From IMG/VR virus record IMGVR_UViG_3300033153_015023, positions 1-64,000 of that record: a stretch of 64,000 nt of DNA. One strand, 5' to 3'. Positions 46,814 to 56,425 of the stretch are shown piece after piece. Numbering within the stretch: the stretch's first letter is position 1; the number at the start of each line of letters is the position of its first letter. The position numbers were made by a program, and so were the translations under genes. A model generated the notes under the pieces. That model did no database searches. It was not told the origin of the DNA and saw nothing but the letters and a program-made list of their open reading frames with translations. The stretch is from a virus.

Positions 46814-47343
46814 TAGACATTATTTCTTACATTGGAGATGATCCTAGTCGAGAGGGTTTAGTTGATACACCAGATCGAATAATTCGTTCCTGGAAAAAAC
46901 TGTTAGGTGGTTATAAGGAAGATGCAATAGAGATTCTTCAAAAAGCAAGTTTCGATGCTGAGGGTTATGATGAGATGATTATGTTGAAGGAAATTGAATT
47001 CTATTCGACATGCGAACATCATTTCATGCCTTTCTTCGGGAGGGCTACTGTTGCATATATTCCTCAAAACAGAGTAGTTGGTATATCAAAACTTGCACGT
47101 ATTGTAGAAGTGTTTGCAAGACGACTGCAGATTCAGGAAAGAATGACCACTCAGATTGCTAATGCGATAGACGATATTTTACTTCCGCAGGGAGTAATGG
47201 TTGTATTAGAGGCGCAGCATTTATGTATGGTTGCGAGAGGTGTTGAGAAACAGCATTCGTCAATGGTCACATCTGCTGTCCGAGGAGTTTTTCGGACGGA
47301 GTCAGAAGTAAGAGCAGAATTTTTTAGTTTGAGAGATAAATAG
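46813..47343 (+). CDS. folE: GTP cyclohydrolase I (frame extended upstream of the called ATG at 46975)
   Basis: IGDDPSREGLVDTPDR in frame upstream of CEHH..PFFG, GISKLAR, QIQER, HLCMVARG. Confidence 0.9.
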   Translation: MDIISYIGDDPSREGLVDTPDRIIRSWKKLLGGYKEDAIEILQKASFDAEGYDEMIMLKEIEFYSTCEHHFMPFFGRATVAYIPQNRVVGISKLARIVEVFARRLQIQERMTTQIANAIDDILLPQGVMVVLEAQHLCMVARGVEKQHSSMVTSAVRGVFRTESEVRAEFFSLRDK

Positions 47344-47354
47344 GAGGTAGAGAG

Positions 47355-47777
47355 ATGAAGAAGGTTGTATGTTTACTAAGTTTATTGTTTCTTCTAAGTT
47401 CTTGCGCTTATGAATTGACTTCAACTATTGAAGCGTGGAACTGGACCTTTAGTCCAATTCGAGACTTAGAAGTAAGTGTTGATGGAGATGTGAAAGTTGT
47501 TCCTGGTTTGGCTCCTTATATGAGGTCGTGGGAAGTTACTTGGGAAGTTGGTTTTTTGGGAAGTGAAGATTACGATCTTGAAATAGGAGTAAAAGAAATT
47601 GGTGGTGCATGGATATGGGTAACAGGAATGATTAATACTACTGACACTCATTATATCACTATATACGATACCTATTTTACATATCCTAAAAGTATTTCTG
47701 TGGATGATAACCTGCATATGATGATTTCAACTGAACCTCCGAATATTAAAGAGCTTGTAAAGTTGAAAGGAGAATAA
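47355..47777 (+). CDS. Lipoprotein
   Basis: MKK-hydrophobic-LLSSC lipobox; AGGAGG SD. Confidence 0.75.
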   Translation: MKKVVCLLSLLFLLSSCAYELTSTIEAWNWTFSPIRDLEVSVDGDVKVVPGLAPYMRSWEVTWEVGFLGSEDYDLEIGVKEIGGAWIWVTGMINTTDTHYITIYDTYFTYPKSISVDDNLHMMISTEPPNIKELVKLKGE

Positions 47778-47778
47778 A

Positions 47779-47949
47779 ATGCCTATAACATCATGTACAA
47801 AGAAAGGTAAACCTGGTTTCAAGTGGGGTAAGAGTGGGAAATGTTATCCTTATACTCCTGGAAACAAAGTAAGTAAGACAGCTGCAAGGAAGAAAGCTGC
47901 TAGACAAGCCGCCGCGATTCATGCTTCTGGATATAGAGAGAAAAAATAA
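47779..47949 (+). CDS. Small basic phage protein (not in ORF track)
   Basis: MPITSCTKKGKPGFKWGKSGKCY...QAAAIHASGY; AGGAG SD. Confidence 0.7.
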   Translation: MPITSCTKKGKPGFKWGKSGKCYPYTPGNKVSKTAARKKAARQAAAIHASGYREKK

Positions 47950-48016
47950 TACCTCCTCTTTTCCTTTATGAAACCTATGTATTTCTATTATTACAGATAA
48001 ACAGAAAAACTTTTAA

Positions 48017-48709
48017 TTGGAGGACGCAATGGAAATGTTGCACGAGTATCTCTTTATGGATCTACAGTGGTTCGCAGAAGGGGATGAAGGGGAAACAGAA
48101 GAAGAAAGAGAAGCAAGAGAGGCAAAGGAAGCTGAAGAGGCTACTAAAAAGCTTGAAGTAGATGGTCTTTCTGAAGAAGAACTAAAAACTCTTGTTAGAA
48201 AATTGGATGAGAACAATAAGAAGCTTTCTGGTCTCTCTCGAGAGCGGCTTCATGAAATCATGGAGAAAAAAGCCAAGTTGAGAGAGATTGAGAAAAAGGA
48301 GAAAGAGGAAAGGGAAGCAGCTCTTAAAGAGAAAGAGAAGTATAAAGAGCTGTACGAAGGACTAAAACCAAAATATGATGTTCTTGAGAAAGATGTAGCA
48401 AAGACACACACTCTTTTTGAAGAAGAGTTTGAATTGCTAAAGGAAAGTCTTCCAGAAGAGTATCATAAACTGATTCCGAAAACAGACATTCGAGAACAGG
48501 TAAATTGGATAAAGAATTTTCAGTTGACTGTTGTTGAAAAGGAAGAGCCTGCTGGCGAGAAAAAGAAAAGTGTTGGCGGTGGTAGTGAACCTTCTAAGAA
48601 GGGTTCAAAGGAAGAAGCAGGGAAATCTGCAATTGAAGAGCAAATTCAAAAATGCGAGACGGCAGAAGAACTAGAAGAACTGCTAAGTAAATACGGTCGT
48701 ACTGTATAA
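48017..48709 (+). CDS. Capsid scaffolding protein (start probably 48029)
   Basis: Glu/Lys-rich coiled coil before the MCP; LQWFAE N-terminal motif. Confidence 0.8.
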   Translation: MEDAMEMLHEYLFMDLQWFAEGDEGETEEEREAREAKEAEEATKKLEVDGLSEEELKTLVRKLDENNKKLSGLSRERLHEIMEKKAKLREIEKKEKEEREAALKEKEKYKELYEGLKPKYDVLEKDVAKTHTLFEEEFELLKESLPEEYHKLIPKTDIREQVNWIKNFQLTVVEKEEPAGEKKKSVGGGSEPSKKGSKEEAGKSAIEEQIQKCETAEELEELLSKYGRTV

Positions 48710-48786
48710 AAAAGAATTGTTGAGATTACAACTAGGCTTGGATCCAGGATAGGACAACAAAAAAATCTAACACAAGGAGATAAGCA

Positions 48787-49770
48787 ATGAAAACTAAACT
48801 TTTCAGTAATGTCCATTTACAGTGGTTTGCTGAGACTACAACTGCGACCCTAACCGGTCTTGTTCAGACTGCTTACAGTAAAGCTGTTGAGTTTGCTTTC
48901 CAGCCCAACTTGCTCTTTGCACAATTTGCTCAGAGCAAAACGTGGAAGATCAGCGACAGAGATCCAATGCCTGGTGACGTTGTTACCTTTACGATCTTTG
49001 GCGCGCTTAGTACCGCGACAGGCGCTCTTTCTGAGACAGGAGATCCTACTGCAGCTACAATGACTAAAACTCAGAGGAGTGTAACTCTTGCTGAGTACGG
49101 TCAGTTAGTGACTACTACTTCAAAACTTCGGACTCTGTCTTTTGCGAACATCGATCTTTCCGCTGCAAGAGTGGTTGGTGACAGTATGGGGAAGAGTATA
49201 GATTTAATCGCTCGAGCTGCTTTTGATTCTCATACAGGATCTTCGTACGTTAAGTACGCAAGTGGTTCAAATGCTACTGCAGTTTTATCTTCATCAACTA
49301 TTACAGCTGCAGACATTCGTTATGCGCACAACAGGTTGGCAAGAGGTAATGTTATCAAGCCCGATGGTATGTTTTATGTTGCAATAGTGCATCCAGATGT
49401 ATCTCATGACTTGAGAGCAGAGACAGGCAGCGGTGCTTGGCGTGCTCCGAAAGAGTATGTCGATCCGGCAAATATCTACAATGGAGAGATTGGCTCTTTC
49501 GAAGGCTTTCGCTTCGTTGAGACTTCAAATGCAAATCTATCGACTGATGGTGCTTCTGGTTCTGTTGATCTTTATACTTCGTACTTCTTCGGCTATCAAG
49601 CTGTTGGGTATGGAGAAGGGATTGCACCGGCGATGGGTATATCAGGTCCGTTTGATGCCCTGCAACGCCTGATGAATGTGTATTGGTACAGTTTGTGTGG
49701 GTTCGGAGAATTACGGAGAGAGAGTCTCTTCAAGTTCTACAGTGCATCCAGCGTAGGTTCTAATAGTTAA
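48787..49770 (+). CDS. Major capsid protein (HK97 fold, N4-gp56-like)
   Basis: EYG, YVAIVHPDV..DLR, GEIGSFEGFRFVET, DALQR; followed by a terminator. Confidence 0.9.
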   Translation: MKTKLFSNVHLQWFAETTTATLTGLVQTAYSKAVEFAFQPNLLFAQFAQSKTWKISDRDPMPGDVVTFTIFGALSTATGALSETGDPTAATMTKTQRSVTLAEYGQLVTTTSKLRTLSFANIDLSAARVVGDSMGKSIDLIARAAFDSHTGSSYVKYASGSNATAVLSSSTITAADIRYAHNRLARGNVIKPDGMFYVAIVHPDVSHDLRAETGSGAWRAPKEYVDPANIYNGEIGSFEGFRFVETSNANLSTDGASGSVDLYTSYFFGYQAVGYGEGIAPAMGISGPFDALQRLMNVYWYSLCGFGELRRESLFKFYSASSVGSNS

Positions 49771-49790
49771 GAGTAGTGAACAAAAAAAAT

Positions 49791-49823
49791 AAATGGGGAG
49801 CTTAAACTAGCTTCCCATTTTTT
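49791..49823 (+). terminator. Rho-independent terminator
   Basis: aaatggggagct-taaact-agcttcccattt followed by Ts. Confidence 0.85.
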
Positions 49824-49848
49824 CTAAAAAAGAAAAGGAGCCAAGAAA

Positions 49849-51954
49849 ATGGTAGAGAGTGTAAAAAGAGCAACAGTTTCTGTTGCTTTGATCGTAAAGG
49901 ATGAGGCAGCTACATTAAATCCTTGCCTCAAGAGTGTGCGAGATGTAGTTGATGAAATAGTCGTTCTTGTAGATGATCGAACTACTGACAGGACCTTTGA
50001 GATTGCAAAGAAGTACGCCGACATAGTAGAGTATTTCAAGTGGAGTGATTTTTCTACCGCAAGGAATGCTTCTATTAAAAAGTGCGGTAGTGAATGGATT
50101 TTGATAATGGACGGTCATGAAGTCCTGCATCCGAAATCAAAACCTATTCTCACTAATCTTTTAGAGAGAGTATTGCCTCAGAAAGATTTAAGTGATACCG
50201 GGATGTTTAGCGCATTCGTTTATATGAACCCGAAGGGAAAAGGTTCTATTGAGGAGATGATTCCGGATACATTTTTTCTTCAGCCACGGTTGTTCATAAA
50301 CAATGGAGATTATGCTTATACCGGACGCGTACATAATTGGTTAAATACGAAAGCAAAAAGTAAGTTACAGAAACGTCCGGTGAATGAACTAGTATTCATT
50401 CACAAGAGAACAGAGAAGAATAGTAAGCTTCGAAAAGAGGAGCGACGGAACGTAAATATTCCAGCACTTAAATTAGATATTAAAGATAATCCAAAAAGTC
50501 CTCGTCCATATTTCTATCTTGGGAATGCATATAATGAATTAGAAGAGTGGGAAGAAGCGCTTTCGTGGTATAAGAAATATCTAAAGTTATCTACTTGGGG
50601 AGCAGAGCGTGCTCATGCAATGTTGATGATGGGAACAATCTACGCACAGAAAAAAGAATATAAGGAAGCAACTCAGATATTAAAAGAAGCTATTAAAGAA
50701 GATTGGGAAAGAGCTGAAATATATCTAGTGCTCGGTGATATTGCATTCGATCAGAAAGATCTTTATCAAGCAGAGCATTGGTGGAAGTCTGCAATAGAGA
50801 TGAAACCTCCGATGAATAATCTATTTTTACATGGTCCTGCTTATACATACATGCCTCATCAAAGTTTAGCAAAGTTATATTCTACAGTTGGTGAGTGGAT
50901 GAAAGCTCTTCAACATGCAGAGAAGGCAATATCTCTTGGTTGTGCCAATCAGGATATGATATCGAAAATGGCTATATGGAAAACGAAATTAGGTTTAGAT
51001 TCTAATAAGAAGAATATTATCCTTTACGATGAAAACAATCAGTTTGCTTTTCTGAAAGATATCCGGAGGAACTTGACAAAGAAGTTTAATGTCGCTACTT
51101 CTGTAGAGTATGATACCGAGCAAGCTGGTTGGGCAGATGTTGTTTGGTTCGAGTGGTGTAATAAGAACATTTTACGTGCGTCTGAAATGGTGAAACCGGA
51201 AGGGCAAACATGGATCGTTCGTCTGCACGGATATGAAGTATTCAATCCTGATAGAATGACATATGTAAATTGGAGTAAGATTGATGTGTTGATATTTGTT
51301 GCCGATCATATACGGAAACACTTTGACGAGAATTATTGGATTCCAGATAATGTAAAGACTGTTGTAATTCCAAATGGTGTTGATCTTAACAGATGGAGTT
51401 TTGCAAAGAGAGAGTATAGCAAACAAAAGAATATTGGTATTATAGGTATTTTGACTGAGAAGAAAGGGCCCCTCCTCCTTGCAAAGGTGATAAGACATTT
51501 TTCAAAGACACATCCTGATTATAGATTTCTGCTCCGGTTTGATTCTTTGAAGAAACCAAACGTTTTTGAGCATGTCTTGCAGTATGAATTGAGAGACTTG
51601 ACAAATTGGGAATGGATAGACCGTGTTGAATCAATAAATAGCTGGATGGAGGATATAAAGTTTCTTATATCAACAAGCGTATTAGAGTCGTTTAGCTACG
51701 TAGTTGCAGAGGCAATGGCGAAAGGAATTAAACCTCTGATTCATGATTTTAAAGGATCGAGGGATCTATATCCAGCAGAGTTTATTTGGCGTGATATAGA
51801 TGAGCTAGAAAAAGTGTTTGATGGAGAATATAAGTCTGATGAGTATCGTAAATGGATAGAAGATCATTATTCTATTGACAAACAGATGAAGCAGATTTTT
51901 GAGTTGCTGGAAGATAAAACCAATAAAGAAAATAATCCTCAGAATAGTGGGTAA
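49849..51954 (+). CDS. GT2-TPR-GT4 multidomain glycosyltransferase
   Basis: VALIVKDE..CLKSV..DEIVV..D.T.D.T, DFSTARN; TPR repeats; ESFSYVVAEAMAKG. Confidence 0.88.
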   Translation: MVESVKRATVSVALIVKDEAATLNPCLKSVRDVVDEIVVLVDDRTTDRTFEIAKKYADIVEYFKWSDFSTARNASIKKCGSEWILIMDGHEVLHPKSKPILTNLLERVLPQKDLSDTGMFSAFVYMNPKGKGSIEEMIPDTFFLQPRLFINNGDYAYTGRVHNWLNTKAKSKLQKRPVNELVFIHKRTEKNSKLRKEERRNVNIPALKLDIKDNPKSPRPYFYLGNAYNELEEWEEALSWYKKYLKLSTWGAERAHAMLMMGTIYAQKKEYKEATQILKEAIKEDWERAEIYLVLGDIAFDQKDLYQAEHWWKSAIEMKPPMNNLFLHGPAYTYMPHQSLAKLYSTVGEWMKALQHAEKAISLGCANQDMISKMAIWKTKLGLDSNKKNIILYDENNQFAFLKDIRRNLTKKFNVATSVEYDTEQAGWADVVWFEWCNKNILRASEMVKPEGQTWIVRLHGYEVFNPDRMTYVNWSKIDVLIFVADHIRKHFDENYWIPDNVKTVVIPNGVDLNRWSFAKREYSKQKNIGIIGILTEKKGPLLLAKVIRHFSKTHPDYRFLLRFDSLKKPNVFEHVLQYELRDLTNWEWIDRVESINSWMEDIKFLISTSVLESFSYVVAEAMAKGIKPLIHDFKGSRDLYPAEFIWRDIDELEKVFDGEYKSDEYRKWIEDHYSIDKQMKQIFELLEDKTNKENNPQNSG

Positions 51955-51966
51955 AGGATTTAGTTT

Positions 51967-52857
51967 ATGGAACAAATTAGAATATTTCCAGTTTGTAGAG
52001 GTAGACGCGATCTCTTCCAAAAGCTTGTAGATTATTGGGATACTGTTTCTTATTATATCCCTGTTAATTCATTTGAGGATGCAGATGTTATATGGGTTGA
52101 GTGGGCAAACGAACAGAGTGTGTATGCTTCTCAAAAATCTCCAAAGAAAAATGTGATAGTTCGGATTTGTGGTAGTGAATACTATCAAGAATTTTGGAAG
52201 GAGTGGGGATCACAGATCGCTAGAGTGATTTCTATAAATGCAGTTTTTAAGACACCATTTCCAACTATACATATTCCGAACTTTGTTGATACTGAGTTTT
52301 GGCGTTCTTTGACAAGAGAGAGATCGAGAACTATTGCAATGCTGGGAGATTTTACTTATCGTAAAGGACAGATTGGATTGTTACGAATGCTTACTGAGCG
52401 ATCAAAGTTCTTTGAAAAGGTGTTGATGGTAGGTCCATTAAAGTTGGATAATAAAGGATATGAAGCAGAGGCGAGAGGGAATATAATGCAGCTTAAATAT
52501 CTCGCTGAAGACCAGGGAGTTGAATTAGAAATTCGGGATGTTCAATCTCCTGAAGACGTAAGAGAGATTATTAACTCTGTTTCTTTTGTTGTAAGTAGTT
52601 CAATAAGTGAAATGTGTCATCGTGTGATGCAAGAGGCTATGAGTTGTAATACTCCGGTACTAATAGCAAATTGGTTGGGCTCAAAAGAAGTGTATCCAAA
52701 GGAATTAATATATTCAAACGCAAAAGAGTTTTGGTCTCTCGTAGATAATTATCCAAATATAGATTTAAGACAGTACGTTTTGGATCACTTCGCACGAGAA
52801 GTTATCCTTCCACAAATTGATAGAGTAATCAAGGAAGTTGCGGAGGAAGTGAAATGA
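51967..52857 (+). CDS. GT4-like glycosyltransferase
   Basis: IWVEWAN, IPNFVD, KG, SISE....MQEAMSC. Confidence 0.75.
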   Translation: MEQIRIFPVCRGRRDLFQKLVDYWDTVSYYIPVNSFEDADVIWVEWANEQSVYASQKSPKKNVIVRICGSEYYQEFWKEWGSQIARVISINAVFKTPFPTIHIPNFVDTEFWRSLTRERSRTIAMLGDFTYRKGQIGLLRMLTERSKFFEKVLMVGPLKLDNKGYEAEARGNIMQLKYLAEDQGVELEIRDVQSPEDVREIINSVSFVVSSSISEMCHRVMQEAMSCNTPVLIANWLGSKEVYPKELIYSNAKEFWSLVDNYPNIDLRQYVLDHFAREVILPQIDRVIKEVAEEVK

Positions 52858-53855
52858 AAATATTAATTACTGGTGTTGCTGGTCTATTAGGATCAAGATT
52901 AGCCGATTGGATTATAGAAAATACAGATAATACAGTTATCGGTATTGACAATCTAAGTGGAGGATATATAGAAAATGTAAATAAAAGTGTAATTTTTTAT
53001 AAGTTTGATCTATCTACAGAAGTAATAACATTAGATAGTATATTTTCTAAATATAAACCAAGTATTGTATATCATTTTGCAGCATATGCCGCTGAAGGAT
53101 TGAGTCCATTTATGCGACGATTTAATTATATGAATAATTTAATCGCATCTATCAATTTGATCAATAGTAGTATTAAATACAGCGTAAAAAGATTCGTTTT
53201 CGCAAGTTCAATGTCAGTATATGGAGATAAATATTCGACACCATTTGATGAAAATATGATACCGGCTCCTATAGATCCATATGGAATAGCAAAGTATGCT
53301 GTTGAGCAAGATTTACATGTTGCATATATACAACATAATCTGGAATATACTATTATACGACCGCACAATTTTTATGGCGTTAATCAAAATATATGGGACA
53401 AGTATAGAAATGTAATAGGGATCTGGATGTATCAAATACTCAATAAGATTAGACCAACTATATTTGGAGATGGAGAACAAAAAAGGGCGTTTAGTTATGT
53501 TGACGATTCGATCGTACCTTTTTGGAATGCATCGCAGAGAGATTTATGTATAGGAGAGATTATAAATCTAGGCGGTATTAACGTATATACTATTAATCAA
53601 GCTATGAAATTAGTGTTAAAAGTTACCGGTACTAGTTTGAAACCTGTTTATTTAGAAAAAAGACATGAAACAAAAAACGCGTGGAGCACATGGAAGAAAT
53701 CTGTTGAACTGCTGAATTTTAAACACAGAACCGCATTGCAAGATGGTATTCAAATAATGTGGAATTGGGCTAAGAGGCAACCAAACAGAGAACGTCGTAT
53801 TTGGAAGCAGTATGAGTTAGAAAAGAATATTTACAATTATTGGAAAATAATGTAA
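52854..53855 (+). CDS. NAD-dependent epimerase/dehydratase
   Basis: ITGVAGLLGS, SSMSVYG, YGIAK, IFGDGEQKRAF. Confidence 0.92.
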   Translation: MKILITGVAGLLGSRLADWIIENTDNTVIGIDNLSGGYIENVNKSVIFYKFDLSTEVITLDSIFSKYKPSIVYHFAAYAAEGLSPFMRRFNYMNNLIASINLINSSIKYSVKRFVFASSMSVYGDKYSTPFDENMIPAPIDPYGIAKYAVEQDLHVAYIQHNLEYTIIRPHNFYGVNQNIWDKYRNVIGIWMYQILNKIRPTIFGDGEQKRAFSYVDDSIVPFWNASQRDLCIGEIINLGGINVYTINQAMKLVLKVTGTSLKPVYLEKRHETKNAWSTWKKSVELLNFKHRTALQDGIQIMWNWAKRQPNRERRIWKQYELEKNIYNYWKIM

Positions 53856-53924
53856 AAACCGTCTTGAGAAGTAGAAGACAATTAAATGATATAGAAATAA
53901 TTATCTCATAGAAGGGAGTGGATA

Positions 53925-54074
53925 ATGGCTAAGAAAATAAAGAAAGGTGTTCCGAAGAGAGATGGTAGTGGAAAAGGAATAGGAGCAAATCGAAATACCG
54001 ACAGTTGTTCAAAAGGCGGCCCTGGATTTGGTCGAGGTGGTGGTAGAGGAAAGGGGTCTAACAGAAAGAAGTAA
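53925..54074 (+). CDS. Small Gly/Arg-rich protein (not in ORF track)
   Basis: GGAG SD; PKRDGSG..GFGRGGGRG. Confidence 0.55.
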   Translation: MAKKIKKGVPKRDGSGKGIGANRNTDSCSKGGPGFGRGGGRGKGSNRKK

Positions 54075-54091
54075 ACCAAGGAGTTTATGAT

Positions 54092-54637
54092 ATGGGAGAG
54101 CAGGCGTATTATATAAGAAAATTACTTAATATAGTGATGGGGAATAGAGATACCTCTTTTGTGGTAATCGACGCCGCTTATGAGATGATTCGTCTTGGTT
54201 GGAGTTTTTCTCGATCTACATCATTTACAAAAGGAGATGGAGAGAATGCGGATGTTCTCATTGTGGTACCTGATATTGACATTGAGTTTCATTTTATAAT
54301 GGCTTACTCTTCATCTGGTCCGGGAACAATTTATTTATATGAAGGGGCAGATGGTAGTGGTGGTTCTGCAATTCCTTTGTATAATGACAATCGGAACTCT
54401 TCAAATATAAGCAACATTATTGCAACATCTACTCCATCAATCACTACACCTGGAACGGAGTTATCCTCAAAACAAATTGGATCTAATGGAATAGGTCAGA
54501 CGTCTTTCGGTGCAATAAGTGCATCGCGACATGAATGGATTTTAAAGCGTAATACAAAGTATTTGATTCGCTTTTCATCAACAGCTGCGGGAAATGTAAT
54601 GGTTTTAACTGTCAATATATTTGAATATGGTCATTAA
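54092..54637 (+). CDS. Hypothetical beta-rich protein, possibly structural
   Basis: NRNSSN..EWILKRNTKYLIR; AAGGAG SD. Confidence 0.6.
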   Translation: MGEQAYYIRKLLNIVMGNRDTSFVVIDAAYEMIRLGWSFSRSTSFTKGDGENADVLIVVPDIDIEFHFIMAYSSSGPGTIYLYEGADGSGGSAIPLYNDNRNSSNISNIIATSTPSITTPGTELSSKQIGSNGIGQTSFGAISASRHEWILKRNTKYLIRFSSTAAGNVMVLTVNIFEYGH

Positions 54638-54646
54638 AGAGGTAAG

Positions 54647-55546
54647 ATGAATAACTTAATTACGGTTGTAATACCGACGTATAATGAGAAGGAAGAGCTC
54701 CTTCGAAAAGCGATTGAGAGCGTGCTTAATCAGACCTACAGAAAAATTGAGTTAATTGTAGTAGACGACGGCTCTACAGACAGTACTCCAGAAATCCTAA
54801 AGGGTTATGGAAAAGACATTCGAGTGTTTCGACGAGAGAGAGATTCTGAATTCAGATCTGTCTCCCAAGCACGTAACATAGGATTGGAAAAAGCAAAAGG
54901 GAAGTGGTGGAGTAACTTAGACGCGGATTGGTGGCTCGAAAAAGATTGGGCAGAAAGATGTATTGAATTTATCGCTGGGAGGGAGAATGAGATTCTCGGT
55001 GTTCACGTCGACTTTGCTGTACATCATTTTGATGGTAGGATAGAACATGTGCATGTTGGCGAAAGATACGATCCTTGTCTAAGCACTCTCGAAAACTACA
55101 AGAAACATGAAGCTTTGTTTGGTAAGTTTTTTAGGATGGACGTCTGTAGGAAAACCGGTCCTTTTGATACGAGATTTCCTAGAAAGCAAAATCGAGAGTG
55201 GACTCTTAGATTTCTTCAGCATGGAAACTTAGTTTATCTTCCAAAGGAGTTGGCTCACTTTGTCTTTCACGAACCCGATCAAATGAAGGAAAGGGCTTCT
55301 GTAAAGTATCGGATTCTTGCCGATTTAAAGAATGGAATCGACATCGAGCACAATATGAGAATCGCATATGATTCTGAAGATGGTAGGTATTCTATGGTGG
55401 ATGCCTTTAGAACATTTTTTACTGTTCCTGAGTGGAGTAAAGAAAGAACCTCCGGAAAAACTTTCGAGAGAATCGAAAAAGCAAAAAAAATCTGCGATGA
55501 GGAAGCATCCGAATCGTGGGAGAGAGGGTATAGTAGAAAGAAATGA
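54647..55546 (+). CDS. GT2 glycosyltransferase, paralog 1
   Basis: VVIPTYN, VVDDGSTD, ARN.G, LDAD. Confidence 0.9.
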   Translation: MNNLITVVIPTYNEKEELLRKAIESVLNQTYRKIELIVVDDGSTDSTPEILKGYGKDIRVFRRERDSEFRSVSQARNIGLEKAKGKWWSNLDADWWLEKDWAERCIEFIAGRENEILGVHVDFAVHHFDGRIEHVHVGERYDPCLSTLENYKKHEALFGKFFRMDVCRKTGPFDTRFPRKQNREWTLRFLQHGNLVYLPKELAHFVFHEPDQMKERASVKYRILADLKNGIDIEHNMRIAYDSEDGRYSMVDAFRTFFTVPEWSKERTSGKTFERIEKAKKICDEEASESWERGYSRKK

Positions 55547-56424
55547 ACAATTTAATTACTGTTGTAATTCCTACTTACAATGAAAAAGAAGAGCTTCTCA
55601 GAAAAGCGATTGAGAGTATCCTTAATCAGACGTATTCAGAAATTGAATTAATTGTTGTAGATGATGGAAGTACAGATGACACTCCCAGAATCTTAAAAGA
55701 ATATGGAAATGATATTCGAATGTTTCGTAGAGAACGAGATTCTGCGTTTAGGTCTGTTTCACATGCATTTAATATTGGATTAGAGAGTGCAAAAGGAGGT
55801 TGGTGGCATCATGATGCAGCAGATTGCTATCACGAGCTTGACTGGGCTGAGCGCTGTATGGATTTTATTGCCAGGAGAGAAGATATTGTTCTCGGTGTTC
55901 ATACTGATTTTGCTGTACATCATTTTAACGGACAAATCGAACACGTTAAAGTAGGACAGCAGTGGCGACGAGGTCTCAATTCTCTTGAAAATTATCGAAG
56001 ATGCGAAGCACTTGGTGGAATGATCTTTCGAATGGATGCTTGTAGAAAAGCAGGACCTTGGGATATTCGATTTCCTCGAAAACAAACAAGAGAGTGGACG
56101 ATGAGAGTTTTACAGTTAGGAGATCTTGCTTATCTACCCAGAGAACTCTGGCATTTCGTATTTCATGAGAGTAATCAGATGAAACGGAATGCTACCGTAA
56201 AGTATCGAATTCTTGCCGATCTGAAAAACGGATTTGATATTCAAGGAAATATAGAAATCGCTTATGGCTCTGAGAGCGGTAGATATGCGATGGCAGATGC
56301 ATTTAGAACATTCTTCACTACTCCGGAATGGGGGAAAGAAAGGTTATCAGGAAAGACTTTCGATCAATTAGAGAAAGCAAAAAAAATCTGTGACGAGGAA
56401 GCGTCCGAACAATGGGAGAAGTAA
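55543..56424 (+). CDS. GT2 glycosyltransferase, paralog 2
   Basis: Highly similar tandem copy; HDAAD replaces LDAD. Confidence 0.9.
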   Translation: MNNLITVVIPTYNEKEELLRKAIESILNQTYSEIELIVVDDGSTDDTPRILKEYGNDIRMFRRERDSAFRSVSHAFNIGLESAKGGWWHHDAADCYHELDWAERCMDFIARREDIVLGVHTDFAVHHFNGQIEHVKVGQQWRRGLNSLENYRRCEALGGMIFRMDACRKAGPWDIRFPRKQTREWTMRVLQLGDLAYLPRELWHFVFHESNQMKRNATVKYRILADLKNGFDIQGNIEIAYGSESGRYAMADAFRTFFTTPEWGKERLSGKTFDQLEKAKKICDEEASEQWEK

Positions 56425-56425
56425 A

